From NCBI GenBank assembly GCA_964354795.1, contig CAYHBB010000003.1, forward strand, positions 5,887 through 69,886: a DNA stretch of 64,000 nt. The letters are read 5' to 3'. The notes under the pieces were generated by a model, which was given only the letters and a program-made list of their open reading frames with translations, was not told the origin of the DNA and did not search any database. The stretch comes from an uncultured Planctomycetales bacterium (GTDB lineage: Bacteria; Omnitrophota; Gorgyraeia; Gygaellales; Profunditerraquicolaceae). Within the stretch, counting starts at the first letter, position 1, and each line of letters starts with the position of its first letter. Shown piece after piece: positions 10,094 to 20,278 of this stretch. The position numbers and the translations under genes are program-made.

Positions 10094-11266
10094 GTGAATA
10101 TCCTGATGGTGCATCCACACGAGGTTTATTCTTCTTTAGAGCCTTGGACAACGCGGGTTATAAATCTGGCGCGCGTTTTGGCAGCCGGTGGGCATGCTGT
10201 AAAAGTAATATATTTTCCGTTTTTATGGAATGCCAAGTTGAAAAGTTTTACAAGGGATGGTGTAGAGTTCCTTCCTTTTTCTAGAAGAACTGGGATATAT
10301 AATATTGCATTTAATTGCAATAAGTTTTCATCGATTGTCAAATGGGCGGATATTGTGCATTTCCAGAAATGTTTTCATTACGCGTCTTTGCCTGCGATAC
10401 TCAACGGTATGCTTAAGAATAAGCCATTGCATTACGACTGGGACGACTGGGAAGAGATGATCTATTATGAATCCGCAAGGCCGGCAATCAGGGGAGTAGG
10501 CTCATTCTTGAGGACGCTTGAAAAAAATATTCCTACTTTGGTAGACACTATTTCGGTTTCAAGTGAATGCCTGCGCGGATTATGCTTGGAGATGGGCCTT
10601 GACGAAGAGAGGGTCTTTACTGTCCCTGTGGGAGCGGATCTCGATAAGTTCAGTCCTTCAGTTTCAGGAGATAGAATAAGGAAGATGTATAACATTAATC
10701 GTCCCTTAGCCATGTATATTGGCCAGCTGCACGGTGGCCAATATGCCAGCCTTTTTATCCACGCGGCTAAAATCCTTATTGAAAAAGGCGTTGAGGCTGA
10801 TTTTATGATTGTTGGTGACGGTTCGAGGGGGTATGAATTGCGTAAACTTACGAGAATGCTTAAGCTTGACCGTAAGATCATCTTTACCGGGGCAGTTGAT
10901 ACAGATCTTATGCCGGAATATATCGCTAGCTCAGATGTGGCGGTGGCTTGTTTTGAGGATAACTTAGTCACACGTTGTAAAAGCCCGCTAAAGATCGCTG
11001 AATATCTGGCTTGTGGTAAGGCTATAGTTGCAAGCCGGGTAGGGGAAGTAGAGAAGATGGTTGGTGATGCGGGGATACTAGTTGATCCGGGGCAGAGCAA
11101 GCCGCTTGCTGAGGGAATATTGAGTTTATTAATCGATGATAGATTAAGAATAAAGCTTGGGGAAAAAGCGAGAACGAGGGCAGAAGAAGTATATAACTGG
11201 AAGAATTCTGCTAATACGCTTCTTAAGGCGTATGAGTTTGGTAGGAAACAAAAATCCAATGCCTAA
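10094..11266 (+). CDS. GT4-family (GT-B fold) glycosyltransferase; GTG start
   Basis: C-terminal EYLACGKAIVASRVGEVEKMV matches the GT4 E-x7-E donor-binding motif, with a retaining-GT-like N-domain. Confidence 0.75.
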   Translation: MNILMVHPHEVYSSLEPWTTRVINLARVLAAGGHAVKVIYFPFLWNAKLKSFTRDGVEFLPFSRRTGIYNIAFNCNKFSSIVKWADIVHFQKCFHYASLPAILNGMLKNKPLHYDWDDWEEMIYYESARPAIRGVGSFLRTLEKNIPTLVDTISVSSECLRGLCLEMGLDEERVFTVPVGADLDKFSPSVSGDRIRKMYNINRPLAMYIGQLHGGQYASLFIHAAKILIEKGVEADFMIVGDGSRGYELRKLTRMLKLDRKIIFTGAVDTDLMPEYIASSDVAVACFEDNLVTRCKSPLKIAEYLACGKAIVASRVGEVEKMVGDAGILVDPGQSKPLAEGILSLLIDDRLRIKLGEKARTRAEEVYNWKNSANTLLKAYEFGRKQKSNA

Positions 11267-11281
11267 CGAAATCAGAAAGCC

Positions 11282-12877
11282 ATGTTCATAAAAAAATCGC
11301 ATATAGCTATTTTGATTATTTTAGTTTTGTTTCTTGGAATCTCTAACCTTGTTTGGCTTTCGCTTAATCAGATGCCTCCCCTTGATGATGAGGGCTTTCA
11401 TATAGCAAGGTGTATAAAAATTCTAAACATAATAACTCATTCGCCATTCTTTGATTCTCCTAGAATAATTTTTGATAACAATTTGTACCCGCCTCTTTTT
11501 CATTTTGTTGCAGCTATTTGTGCTTTTATTTTTGGTAAGAGTATCGTAGTTTTGATCATGAGCAATCTTATTTTTGTTTCTCTGGCTTTTTTCTCGCTTT
11601 ACTTGATCGGTTTGAAACTAGGAGATGGAGGGATTGGCTTATTGGCCTCGTTTCTGTTATTGTTATATCCCATGTTTTTCTATTTGAGTCGTTGCTTTTT
11701 GCTGGAAATCGCGGTTTGCTCTATTGTAATAGCAAGCATAGCAGCTTTAATGTATTCTGAAGGATTTAGAAAGGTTATCCCTAGCGCTATATTTGGTTTC
11801 TTTCTGGGATTAGGGATGTTAACGAAACAGTATTATGTTGTATTTATTGCTGGTCCAGCTTTCTTTTTACTATTCGATTCCTTGTTAAAAGAAAGATCAA
11901 AAAAAAGGGTTTTTCTTAATTTTATCTTTGCTTTATCCCTTGGAGTTGCTATAGCTGCTTTGTGGTATGTTCCGAATTTCAGCAAAATGTTGCCGTTACT
12001 TATTTCTGCAGCAAGTGATTCAAGTTTGGCACCCTTAGATTTATTAGGTTTTTCGTTTAAAAACATATTATTTTATTTTAATTTAATATTTAACGGACAA
12101 ATATTATTGTTTTTCTTCCTAACATTTCTTTTTTCAGCTTTCATATTCTTTAGAAAAGTTGAGCGTAGATATTCTTTCTTGTTATTAAGCTGGATGATTA
12201 TCCCATATATTATTTTTACTTTATTTCGCAATAAGTATTATTACTACACTCAATCGTATCTGCCGGCGATAGCATTGATTACTGCGTACGGACTTTTGAA
12301 TATTCGAAGAGCTTTTTTTAGAAGAATCGTCATTTTGTTCGTTGTCTGTGCTGGCTTATTTCAGTTTATTGTCATCTCTTATTTTAATTTAAAACAAAAT
12401 AAGCTGACGCTTAGCTTGAGAAATCCTTACGTAAGAATTCTACCTATTAATTTGACTAGTATCCAGGCAAAGAAAGAATATTACCCTCAGTCAGAGAGGC
12501 AGGGTAGGGATGTTATGGGGAAGATTGCTGCGAAGATTAACCATAACTGCCCTGGCAAAATCGCCAAAATATTAATTATTGAGCATGATGCAAATTATCT
12601 TTTAAGGAGGGGGATAAAGATTAGGGATAACTTTGAGGTAGTAAATTATGGAGGGTTTAAAGGTTATTCGTATTTAGTCGGGTCTCGCTTTGATATTTTT
12701 GGTGTAAATTTTAGCAAAATGAAAATAATTGAAGATCAGCTTGATTTTATAATAAGCCCAGAGAAATTAGAAAACATAGATGTTTATTCTTCAAAAAAAG
12801 GAGATTATGCACTGTTTGACAGTTTTATAATGCGAGACGGAAGCGTAGTTTATCTATATATGGCGACAAAGAGTTGA
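11282..12877 (+). CDS. polytopic membrane glycosyltransferase of the GT-C superfamily (ArnT/PMT/GT39-like)
   Basis: More than 10 predicted TM helices; a DE motif (PPLDDEGFH) in the first extracytoplasmic loop after TM1, as in ArnT/PMT enzymes. Confidence 0.55.
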   Translation: MFIKKSHIAILIILVLFLGISNLVWLSLNQMPPLDDEGFHIARCIKILNIITHSPFFDSPRIIFDNNLYPPLFHFVAAICAFIFGKSIVVLIMSNLIFVSLAFFSLYLIGLKLGDGGIGLLASFLLLLYPMFFYLSRCFLLEIAVCSIVIASIAALMYSEGFRKVIPSAIFGFFLGLGMLTKQYYVVFIAGPAFFLLFDSLLKERSKKRVFLNFIFALSLGVAIAALWYVPNFSKMLPLLISAASDSSLAPLDLLGFSFKNILFYFNLIFNGQILLFFFLTFLFSAFIFFRKVERRYSFLLLSWMIIPYIIFTLFRNKYYYYTQSYLPAIALITAYGLLNIRRAFFRRIVILFVVCAGLFQFIVISYFNLKQNKLTLSLRNPYVRILPINLTSIQAKKEYYPQSERQGRDVMGKIAAKINHNCPGKIAKILIIEHDANYLLRRGIKIRDNFEVVNYGGFKGYSYLVGSRFDIFGVNFSKMKIIEDQLDFIISPEKLENIDVYSSKKGDYALFDSFIMRDGSVVYLYMATKS

Positions 12878-13983
12878 ATATTATGAAAAAAGTAATTTTT
12901 ATAAGTCGTGAAGGATACAGGCTGCCAGGAGCAAGGGTGCGATGTTATAACTTTGCTAGAGAGCTTGCGAATCGTGGCGCTGATACAGGAGTTTTGTCTT
13001 TTTCCGATACATTAGGAGCTTTCGATGGCGAAAAAGAATCCAGCTTAAATTTAGGAAATAAGATTTATTATAATTTTAAAGCTTTTAAGATGTTGTTAAA
13101 AGATAAAAGCTTTATTTTTTATATCCAGCGGTTGAATTATCATTTTCTCGGACCATACCTAGCGCATGCTTTTCGAAGAAATAAGATTATTCTAGATCTT
13201 GATGATTGGGAGATGAGGGAAAATCCTCGCTATCATTTGGGAGTATATCCTACTTCAAAAGCGCATTATCTTACCAGGCGTCTTGCCAAGGAGAGTATCT
13301 TTTGTGTTGCTGCAAGCCATTTTCTGGAAAGTTTCTTACTGCAGTTTAATAAAATAGTATTTTACTTACCCTCTGCTGTGGATACCGGTTTATTTTCTCC
13401 GAATAAGGTGCTAAAAGCTAAAGAGAAAGTGGTTTTTTCTTGGATAGGTACGTTTCATAGACCAGAGTATATCGAGAATATTGCATTTGCTTTAGATTGT
13501 TTTAAAGTTTTGCGTAATCGTTATGCAAATATTTTCTTTGAGATTGTTGGAGATGGGATTTTTAAAAAAGATTTGGATAGGATAGTTTCTGGTTTTTACG
13601 ATGACCATATTGTTCTCAAAGGCTGGATTGAGCCAGATGCTATCCCCGAATACTTGGATGGTGTAGATGTCGGGCTTTTTCCGGTTTTGAGGAAAACAAA
13701 GTTTAACCTAGCTAAGAGCCCTACTAAGCTTTTTGAATATATGGCAATGGCAAAGCCAACGATTTCAAGCGCTATCGGAGAGCCTGTCTCCATAATAGCT
13801 CAAGAGGAGAATGGGTTATTGGCTCAAACCAAAGATGAATTTATTTTTCAGATGGAAAGGCTTGTTAAAGATGCTGCTTTGAGAGAGCGTCTTGGCAAAA
13901 ACGCTCGAAAAACTGTAGAAGACTTCTATTCTCTTAAGGTTTTGGGAAATAAATTAAGAGAAGCATTGCTTCAATACGCATGA
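12874..13983 (+). CDS. GT4-family glycosyltransferase
   Basis: EYMAMAKPTISSAIGEPVSIIAQEENGLLA C-terminal GT-B/GT4 motif; overlaps the upstream stop. Confidence 0.7.
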   Translation: MNIMKKVIFISREGYRLPGARVRCYNFARELANRGADTGVLSFSDTLGAFDGEKESSLNLGNKIYYNFKAFKMLLKDKSFIFYIQRLNYHFLGPYLAHAFRRNKIILDLDDWEMRENPRYHLGVYPTSKAHYLTRRLAKESIFCVAASHFLESFLLQFNKIVFYLPSAVDTGLFSPNKVLKAKEKVVFSWIGTFHRPEYIENIAFALDCFKVLRNRYANIFFEIVGDGIFKKDLDRIVSGFYDDHIVLKGWIEPDAIPEYLDGVDVGLFPVLRKTKFNLAKSPTKLFEYMAMAKPTISSAIGEPVSIIAQEENGLLAQTKDEFIFQMERLVKDAALRERLGKNARKTVEDFYSLKVLGNKLREALLQYA

Positions 13984-14846
13984 TTAGAATCTCAGTCGTT
14001 ATCCCTACATTTAACAGCGAAAAGTATATTGTCCCTTGCGTAGAGGCTATAAAAGCTCAAGAGCGCAAGGATATTGAGATCATTATTGTTGATAATGGTT
14101 CAAAAGACAATACTCTTGCTTTGATAGCCCGGAACTGTTCACAAGCTGTTTTGATCAAAAATAACTATAATTTAGGGGCATGTAAAGCGAGAAATCAGGG
14201 AATTGAGATTGCTTCTGGGGATTGGGTCTTGTCTTTAGATTGCGATTGTGAGCTCTCCAGCGATTTCTTTTCAGTTTTTGATGCCCTTTGCCCTGATTTA
14301 TCGGCAGATATCGGTTTGGTTCAGCCGAAGGTATTGCAACAAGATAGGAAAAAGATCTATTCCGCGGGAATATCGCTGTCATTCCTTAGGAGGTTTTATG
14401 ATATTGGTTACAATCAGCTCGATTGTGCTGAGTTTCAGATTCCTAGAAATGTTTTTGGAGCTTGTTCTGCCGCCTCGCTATTAAGAAGGCGGATGCTTAA
14501 TGAAGTTGTGGATGATTTTGGCTATTTTGATGAAAGATTCTTCTTTTTGGTAGAAGATGTAGATCTATCTTGGCGGGCGGGGAAGAAGGGATGGAAGACA
14601 TTATTCAGGCCAGAGCTGATTTGTTATCACTATGGCAATAGCTCCGGCCACCATAAGAAAACACGTCAGTTTTTGAGCTTTCGCAACCGTTTTTATACTA
14701 TAAAAAAGAATGAAGGGATGTTGAAATATTCTGGAAAGGCGCTGCCTCTATTGTGCTATGATTTTCCGCGTATGATTTATCTTTTTATGACCAATCCGTA
14801 TATGTTTATGGGAGACGCGAGATTATTACGAGAGGGTTTTAGATAA
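13980..14846 (+). CDS. GT2-family glycosyltransferase (rhamnosyltransferase-like)
   Basis: ISVVIPTFNSEKYI...IIIVDNGSKDNT GT-A N-terminus, DCDC and EDVDLSWRAGKKGW motifs; paralogous to 54884..55813. Confidence 0.8.
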   Translation: MIRISVVIPTFNSEKYIVPCVEAIKAQERKDIEIIIVDNGSKDNTLALIARNCSQAVLIKNNYNLGACKARNQGIEIASGDWVLSLDCDCELSSDFFSVFDALCPDLSADIGLVQPKVLQQDRKKIYSAGISLSFLRRFYDIGYNQLDCAEFQIPRNVFGACSAASLLRRRMLNEVVDDFGYFDERFFFLVEDVDLSWRAGKKGWKTLFRPELICYHYGNSSGHHKKTRQFLSFRNRFYTIKKNEGMLKYSGKALPLLCYDFPRMIYLFMTNPYMFMGDARLLREGFR

Positions 14847-14847
14847 G

Positions 14848-16356
14848 ATGTTTAAGAGTGTTTCAGAGTTGATTTATAAACGACGCATATCAAGCACGCT
14901 AATTATTACTTTGGTACTTGTTGCATCATTTTTATTGCGCATCTATAAATTAGGGTCGCATGATCTTTGGTATGATGAAGTGTTTTCGGAATTTTTTTCT
15001 AGGGCCCCGCTAGATAACTGGAATGCCCCGTTATACTTGTCACTGCTTCATTTTTGGGTAAAAGTCTTCGGTGTTTCTGAGTTCAGTCTTAGATTTCCTT
15101 CAGTGCTGTTTAGTTTTTCAACAACAATGATCGTTTATTTAATCGGCAAAGAGCTTTTTAATAGAAAAACGGCAATATTAGCTACTTTACTCATTAGCCT
15201 ATCGTCATTTCATCTTTGGTATGCCCAGGAGGCGCGTGATTATAGTATGGTGTTATTCTTTGGCACATTATCTTCTTACTTTCTAATCCTAGCGAATAAA
15301 AAAAGTAGTTTTAAACTATGGTTATTATTTACATTGATTTCTTTGTGTGGCATATATACTAACTATTTTTATATTTTTTTAATTACGTCACAATTTCTTT
15401 ATGTTTTATACATTACAAGAGCACTTAATAATAAAGTATTTTTAGCTTTTGTATTTATTTTGGGATTATCCAGTTTTTATGCGCCGCGTTTTATATCTAA
15501 ATTTATTGAGGTTTCGAAGGGATTCTGGATATTTAAGCCGGATTTACAGTCTTTAAGTATTACCTTTCAGAATTATATGTTAGGTTATAGTGGAACGTTT
15601 TTTCTATATACACTTTCATCTGTTTTAATTTTGGGATTCTTCATCATGCTATTTATGATCATGCGAAAGAGAAAGGAGGTTATTCGGAGTGTTTCCTTTT
15701 GCGTATTTCTACTATTTATTCCTATAGGATTAGCTTTTCTGTTTTCTTGCTTATTTTTTTCAATATACTTAAATCGCGCCCTGCTACTATTTAGTCCGTA
15801 TTTTTATCTTTTAATATCCTGCCTTGTGATGGAATTACCCAAGAAAGCGTCGGTAGCTATGGCAAGTGTTTTAATTCTGATTTTTAGCTGTGGGGCCGCG
15901 CTATATTTTCACGATTATATGTATCCACCTTTGGAATATCACATGGGGGCGTATCTTAAGAAACCTGTTAAGCCAGTTATTAGTTTCTTGCGTAGCAACT
16001 ATATTGATCGTGACGATATCATTGCGTTTACTAATGAATCAGTTATGCCGGGAATCAATTTTTATAGTAATCAAGGGATCTGTATGTATTATTTATTCTC
16101 TTCTCAAGTCCTAGTCCTAGACTCGAGTTGGCATAGGCCAATAAAGGAATCTGTAAATTCTATACCGACGCATAAAATACTTAGCCTTAAATTTAAGAAA
16201 ATATGGGTTATTTGCTCGGATTGGTCAAGAAACGGGCAGTTGGATGAGAATTCAACTGCTGTAAAACAATGGCTTGATAGCAACCTAAAATTAATATCGA
16301 GCCGGGAACTTGATGGCTTATGGATTTATTGTTACGAAAGAAGGAGCACTTACTAG
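14848..16356 (+). CDS. polytopic membrane glycosyltransferase, GT-C superfamily (ArnT/PMT-like)
   Basis: LWYDEVFSEFFSRAPL DE motif after TM1; about 12 TM helices. Confidence 0.55.
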   Translation: MFKSVSELIYKRRISSTLIITLVLVASFLLRIYKLGSHDLWYDEVFSEFFSRAPLDNWNAPLYLSLLHFWVKVFGVSEFSLRFPSVLFSFSTTMIVYLIGKELFNRKTAILATLLISLSSFHLWYAQEARDYSMVLFFGTLSSYFLILANKKSSFKLWLLFTLISLCGIYTNYFYIFLITSQFLYVLYITRALNNKVFLAFVFILGLSSFYAPRFISKFIEVSKGFWIFKPDLQSLSITFQNYMLGYSGTFFLYTLSSVLILGFFIMLFMIMRKRKEVIRSVSFCVFLLFIPIGLAFLFSCLFFSIYLNRALLLFSPYFYLLISCLVMELPKKASVAMASVLILIFSCGAALYFHDYMYPPLEYHMGAYLKKPVKPVISFLRSNYIDRDDIIAFTNESVMPGINFYSNQGICMYYLFSSQVLVLDSSWHRPIKESVNSIPTHKILSLKFKKIWVICSDWSRNGQLDENSTAVKQWLDSNLKLISSRELDGLWIYCYERRSTY

Positions 16357-16368
16357 CGAATTTGACAG

Positions 16369-17496
16369 ATGAATAAGGAAGAAGAGCTGATTGTATCTTT
16401 ATTAAGAAGGGTTATTTCAGGCGAGAATGAGGGTTTCTGCGCTCAGGAGCATATTGAACGCATAAACTGGAATAGGTTTAAAGAATTAGTCTCGCACCAC
16501 GAGATACACCCGATATTATATCCTGTGGTGTTGGATTCCGCGTTTTTATTTCCTCCTGGTATGATTATTTTCTTAAAAGACAATTATTTCTATAATTTAA
16601 TTATTAACCAGAGGTTGTTAGGCGAATTTTCGTGTATATCTGAAGCTTTTAAGCAAGTCAAAATCGCAATAGTCCCCTTAAAAGGCGTAGCTTTTTTACA
16701 GGATATATATATGAATATTCCTTCGCGGCGGATGTCGGATATCGATTTACTGGTAGAAAAGAATAATCTGCCGCGCGCAAGAATAATTTTATCAGATTTA
16801 GGTTTCGTGGAACGTTTGGAAGGTCTTAGTCAAAACTATTGGTTAGAAAAACAATGCCACATCCCACTTTTGAAAAAGAATTCAGATAATGACATGATTG
16901 AACTGGATTTGCACTTTGGCCTTGATTTTAAGAGAGAGAAAGGGGAGATTTTGCCCCAGCTTTGGTCAAGGGCATGCAGCGGGACGCTGTCACCGGAGGA
17001 TTCGCTTTTCAGCCTGGCGCTTCATCAGCGCAGATTCGGAAAGGCGCTTTGCTTGAAGAATGTAGTTGACACCGGGCTAATCCTAAAAAAATACCAAAAT
17101 TCATTCGATTGGGATTATGTGATCAAGCAAGCGAAGTTAGGGCGGATGTGCTCAACGGTGTTTTTCTTGTTGGCGCAGGTAAAAAATATTTTTGATTCAG
17201 AAATAAACATGCCGAATTTAAACGTATTATGTTCAAGTCATCTTAAAAGAAAACTAATCTCGTCTTTTATTAAGAAAAATGTGTTTATCGATTCTTCTGC
17301 CAGAAAGGCAAATGAGCTGTATCTAAAAAGCCATTTTCTTCTGTATGATGATTTTTTTGAGCCCATAAAGTATATTTTAAATATTCCACAAGAGCAATTC
17401 GCCAAGTTTTATAAACTCAAGCCTTATAGCAAAGAAACTGTTTTTTTGTATAATAATAGAATATTGTATATATTATTTAGGTTAGTTTTAGGTTAG
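16369..17496 (+). CDS. uncharacterised nucleotidyltransferase-family protein (PF14907-like)
   Basis: LKGVAFLQDIYMNIPSRRMSDIDLLVEKN matches the Pol-beta-type [S]-x-D-[IL]-D-[LV] nucleotidyltransferase motif in a ~370-aa protein of the PF14907 type. Confidence 0.5.
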   Translation: MNKEEELIVSLLRRVISGENEGFCAQEHIERINWNRFKELVSHHEIHPILYPVVLDSAFLFPPGMIIFLKDNYFYNLIINQRLLGEFSCISEAFKQVKIAIVPLKGVAFLQDIYMNIPSRRMSDIDLLVEKNNLPRARIILSDLGFVERLEGLSQNYWLEKQCHIPLLKKNSDNDMIELDLHFGLDFKREKGEILPQLWSRACSGTLSPEDSLFSLALHQRRFGKALCLKNVVDTGLILKKYQNSFDWDYVIKQAKLGRMCSTVFFLLAQVKNIFDSEINMPNLNVLCSSHLKRKLISSFIKKNVFIDSSARKANELYLKSHFLLYDDFFEPIKYILNIPQEQFAKFYKLKPYSKETVFLYNNRILYILFRLVLG

Positions 17497-17526
17497 GATC
17501 TAGTAAAGACTGGGTTAATTACTAAA

Positions 17527-18306
17527 ATGAAAATTATCGTTTTAATGGCAGGAGAGGGTAGGCGTTTCGCAGGTTTTCAGAATATACCTAAACCTCTTGT
17601 AAAGCTTGGAAACGCCGAATTAATAAAATGGGCGGTCAATTCTTATAATTTTTTAGGATTAAGCGTTGACTGGTCGGATGTTTTTTTTATTACAAGAGAG
17701 GAATATATAAAAGATTTCTATATTGATCAAAAGTTAAAAGAGATGTTTTCACCCAAAGTTAATATTCGTTATGTCAAACAGACGACCCGTGGTCCTGCTG
17801 AGACTGCCATGTTGCTTGAAAAAGAAATACCTGCTGATGAGCAGGTAATAATCAGTGATTGCGATATGTTTTTTAATAGCCTGCCGTTATATATGGAAAT
17901 GATGAAAGTTAGAAATAATCCTTTAATCTGGGGGATATTGCCTTATGTGAAAAGAGATGATGACCAGAACAGCTGGAGTTATGCTCAGCTTGATAAGGAT
18001 AAAAAGTTAATTAAGGTTAATGAGAAGGATGAAAATATGTTTAAGGCAGGCTGTCCCGGCATTGTTGGCGCCTATGTTTTTAATCGGTGGAAATATTTCA
18101 CGAATGAAGCGAAGAAGATGATTGATGAAGATGATTTGAGCGGGGAAGAGCATAAAAAAGAATTCTATATGTCAAAAGTTTTTCAGCGTTTTATAAAGCA
18201 GGGGCGGACAGTAATCGGGGTAGATGTATATCCTGCATGGATCTTAGGTACGCCAGCGCAATTTGTCAGGTTCGAAAGCTTACTTAGGGGTGTAAAGGGA
18301 GAATGA
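17527..18306 (+). CDS. sugar- or alcohol-phosphate nucleotidyltransferase (GT-A-like NTP_transferase family)
   Basis: N-terminal IIVLMAGEGRRF...PKPLV glycine-rich loop, typical of RmlA/IspD/LicC-type nucleotidylyltransferases. Confidence 0.55.
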   Translation: MKIIVLMAGEGRRFAGFQNIPKPLVKLGNAELIKWAVNSYNFLGLSVDWSDVFFITREEYIKDFYIDQKLKEMFSPKVNIRYVKQTTRGPAETAMLLEKEIPADEQVIISDCDMFFNSLPLYMEMMKVRNNPLIWGILPYVKRDDDQNSWSYAQLDKDKKLIKVNEKDENMFKAGCPGIVGAYVFNRWKYFTNEAKKMIDEDDLSGEEHKKEFYMSKVFQRFIKQGRTVIGVDVYPAWILGTPAQFVRFESLLRGVKGE

Positions 18307-19559
18307 TGGATATAGATAAGTTTATATTTACGCAGGACTTTAATCCAGAGGATTATATAGTTGCAAGTTACTTTTTAGAGTCTACTGCAAATCTTAGCCT
18401 TTATGATATTTCAAGGCAGCTTGCTTTGGGGCAATCTATAGGGAATCCCGAGATAAGGTCTGTTTATGAAATAGAGGATCTTTTCCGGGATGTCTCAGTT
18501 AAGATTATGGCAGAATCTGGGGAGTTAAAAAGAGGGAATAAGGGTGAGGTTAAGTTCGCATTTCCTATTGCTAATCTTAATTTAAAAGAGGATGGGATTA
18601 ATCAATTATTATGTCATCTTATGGGAGGGCATCTTGATATTAATGCTATAAGCAAATGTTGGCTTTTTGATATAAAATTTCCCAAGAAATTCCTTGCTGT
18701 CTTTAAAGGGCCAAGGTTCGGGGTTACCGGAATACGCGAATTTATGAAAGTATATAATAAGCCTATTTTAGGGAGCATTATCAAGCCAAAAATCGGCTTA
18801 AATAAATATAAACTTTTGGATATTGTAAAGGAGCTAATTGATGGAGGGATAAATTTTATAAAGGAAGATGAGATTATGTCTAATCCTTCAATTTGTCCTT
18901 TAGAGGAAAGAGCTTCATATGTAATGAAGTATATTAATAATTCTTCCAGAAAGATTGTGTATGCTTTCTGCATAAATAGCGATTATCCTTACTTTATTGA
19001 TAGGGCAAAGAGAGTATATCAGATGGGAGGAAATTGTGTGCACTTAAATATCTGGTCAGGCCTTTCTGCATATAAATCTTTGAGAGATCTAGATTTGCCA
19101 ATAATGATATTCTTCCAGAAGAGCGGAAACATGATTTTCACCAACCCAAAGCACGATTTTCACATCAGTTGGAATGTTATATGTTATTTAGCTCGGCTTA
19201 TGGGAGTAGACTTTATGCATGTAGGGATGTGGGGAGGGTATTCTCATGATGAAGAATTTAGATTGCATGAGGCCATTAAAATACTTACTGATGTAAGTGA
19301 TGGTTTTAGGGGAACTTTGCCCTCGTTGTCTTGTGGTATGCATCCGGGGTTAGTCAATGCTATTTTAAACAGGTTTGGAATTAATGTGATGCTCAACGTG
19401 GGAGGCGCTATTCACGGTCATCCAAGCGGATCTAAGGCGGGTGCAGTCGCAATGAGACAGGCTATTGAATTATCGGTACAGAATAAATTTACTAAGGAAA
19501 ACATATATCAAGCTAAGGAATTAAGAGAAGCTATACAGAAATGGGGTTATATAGAATGA
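18303..19559 (+). CDS. RuBisCO large-subunit superfamily protein, most likely a RuBisCO-like protein (form IV) and not a carboxylase
   Basis: IIKPKIGLN matches the catalytic KPKLGLS motif; GGINFIKEDEIMSN matches GGLDFTKDDENVNS (carbamylated Lys and acidic residues); DFMHVG matches DHLHSG; NVGGAIHGHPSG matches GGGTLGHPWG. The loop-6 Lys334 equivalent appears replaced (GMWGGYSHDE versus GTVVGKLEGE). Confidence 0.7.
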   Translation: MMDIDKFIFTQDFNPEDYIVASYFLESTANLSLYDISRQLALGQSIGNPEIRSVYEIEDLFRDVSVKIMAESGELKRGNKGEVKFAFPIANLNLKEDGINQLLCHLMGGHLDINAISKCWLFDIKFPKKFLAVFKGPRFGVTGIREFMKVYNKPILGSIIKPKIGLNKYKLLDIVKELIDGGINFIKEDEIMSNPSICPLEERASYVMKYINNSSRKIVYAFCINSDYPYFIDRAKRVYQMGGNCVHLNIWSGLSAYKSLRDLDLPIMIFFQKSGNMIFTNPKHDFHISWNVICYLARLMGVDFMHVGMWGGYSHDEEFRLHEAIKILTDVSDGFRGTLPSLSCGMHPGLVNAILNRFGINVMLNVGGAIHGHPSGSKAGAVAMRQAIELSVQNKFTKENIYQAKELREAIQKWGYIE

Positions 19560-20278
19560 AAGTAATTATACCCTTGGCTGGCCCAGAGACAGAGGTGGAA
19601 AAAACATTTGGAGATTTTAAGAATTTAATTAATGTCTATGGCAAGCCTCTTATAAAATATGTTGCCGATAAAAGGCCGTATGATTTATCCAAAGCGGTAT
19701 TTATTTTAGTAGAGAAGACAAATAAAAAATATAACATTGCTTCAAGGTTAAAGAAATTGTTCGGTAATCGTATTGAAATATTTATTCTGGATAAAGTTAC
19801 CGAAGGCGCCCCTTGTTCAGTTTTGAAGTATCTCAAAGAGAGCGATACCAAGGGAGATATATTAATCGATTTAATCGATCAGCACCTTGATTTAGGGAGC
19901 GGTTTTATTAGTTTTATAAGGGATAACAGGCCTAAAGTAAAAGGAATAATTCCTACTTTTAAAAGCAAATATTGGAAATGGAGCTATGTGAAATTAGATA
20001 AGGGGGGTTTTGTAACGAAGGTTAAAGAAAAGGTAAACCCGCCGATATCTAAGGATGCTACTGTAGGGGTATATTATTTCTCGAGTGCTAAGGATTTTAT
20101 TGCGGCTACGGAGCAGATGATCGGTCTTAATAAAAGGGCAGAGTTTAATAACAAATTCTTCATTAGCTGTGTATACAACGAATTTCCACGGAAAACAGTT
20201 TTAGCTTATCCTGCAAACATAATATGTCCTCTGGGCTCAGTTGAGGGAATAAGAACCTTTTCGCAAGTAACATGGTAA
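19541..20278 (+). CDS. nucleotidyltransferase-like (GT-A fold) protein; the start may be the internal ATG at 19556
   Basis: MKVIIPLAG...GKPLIKYV resembles the N-terminus of cytidylyl/guanylyl-transferases but the glycine loop is degenerate. Confidence 0.35.
   Translation: MGLYRMKVIIPLAGPETEVEKTFGDFKNLINVYGKPLIKYVADKRPYDLSKAVFILVEKTNKKYNIASRLKKLFGNRIEIFILDKVTEGAPCSVLKYLKESDTKGDILIDLIDQHLDLGSGFISFIRDNRPKVKGIIPTFKSKYWKWSYVKLDKGGFVTKVKEKVNPPISKDATVGVYYFSSAKDFIAATEQMIGLNKRAEFNNKFFISCVYNEFPRKTVLAYPANIICPLGSVEGIRTFSQVTW

Noticed and set aside
10465-11259. 264-aa minus-strand ORF entirely inside the GT4 gene 10094..11266
   Set aside because: It is antisense to a gene with clear family motifs. Its S/P/A/L-rich low-complexity product is typical of an antisense reading of a coding region.
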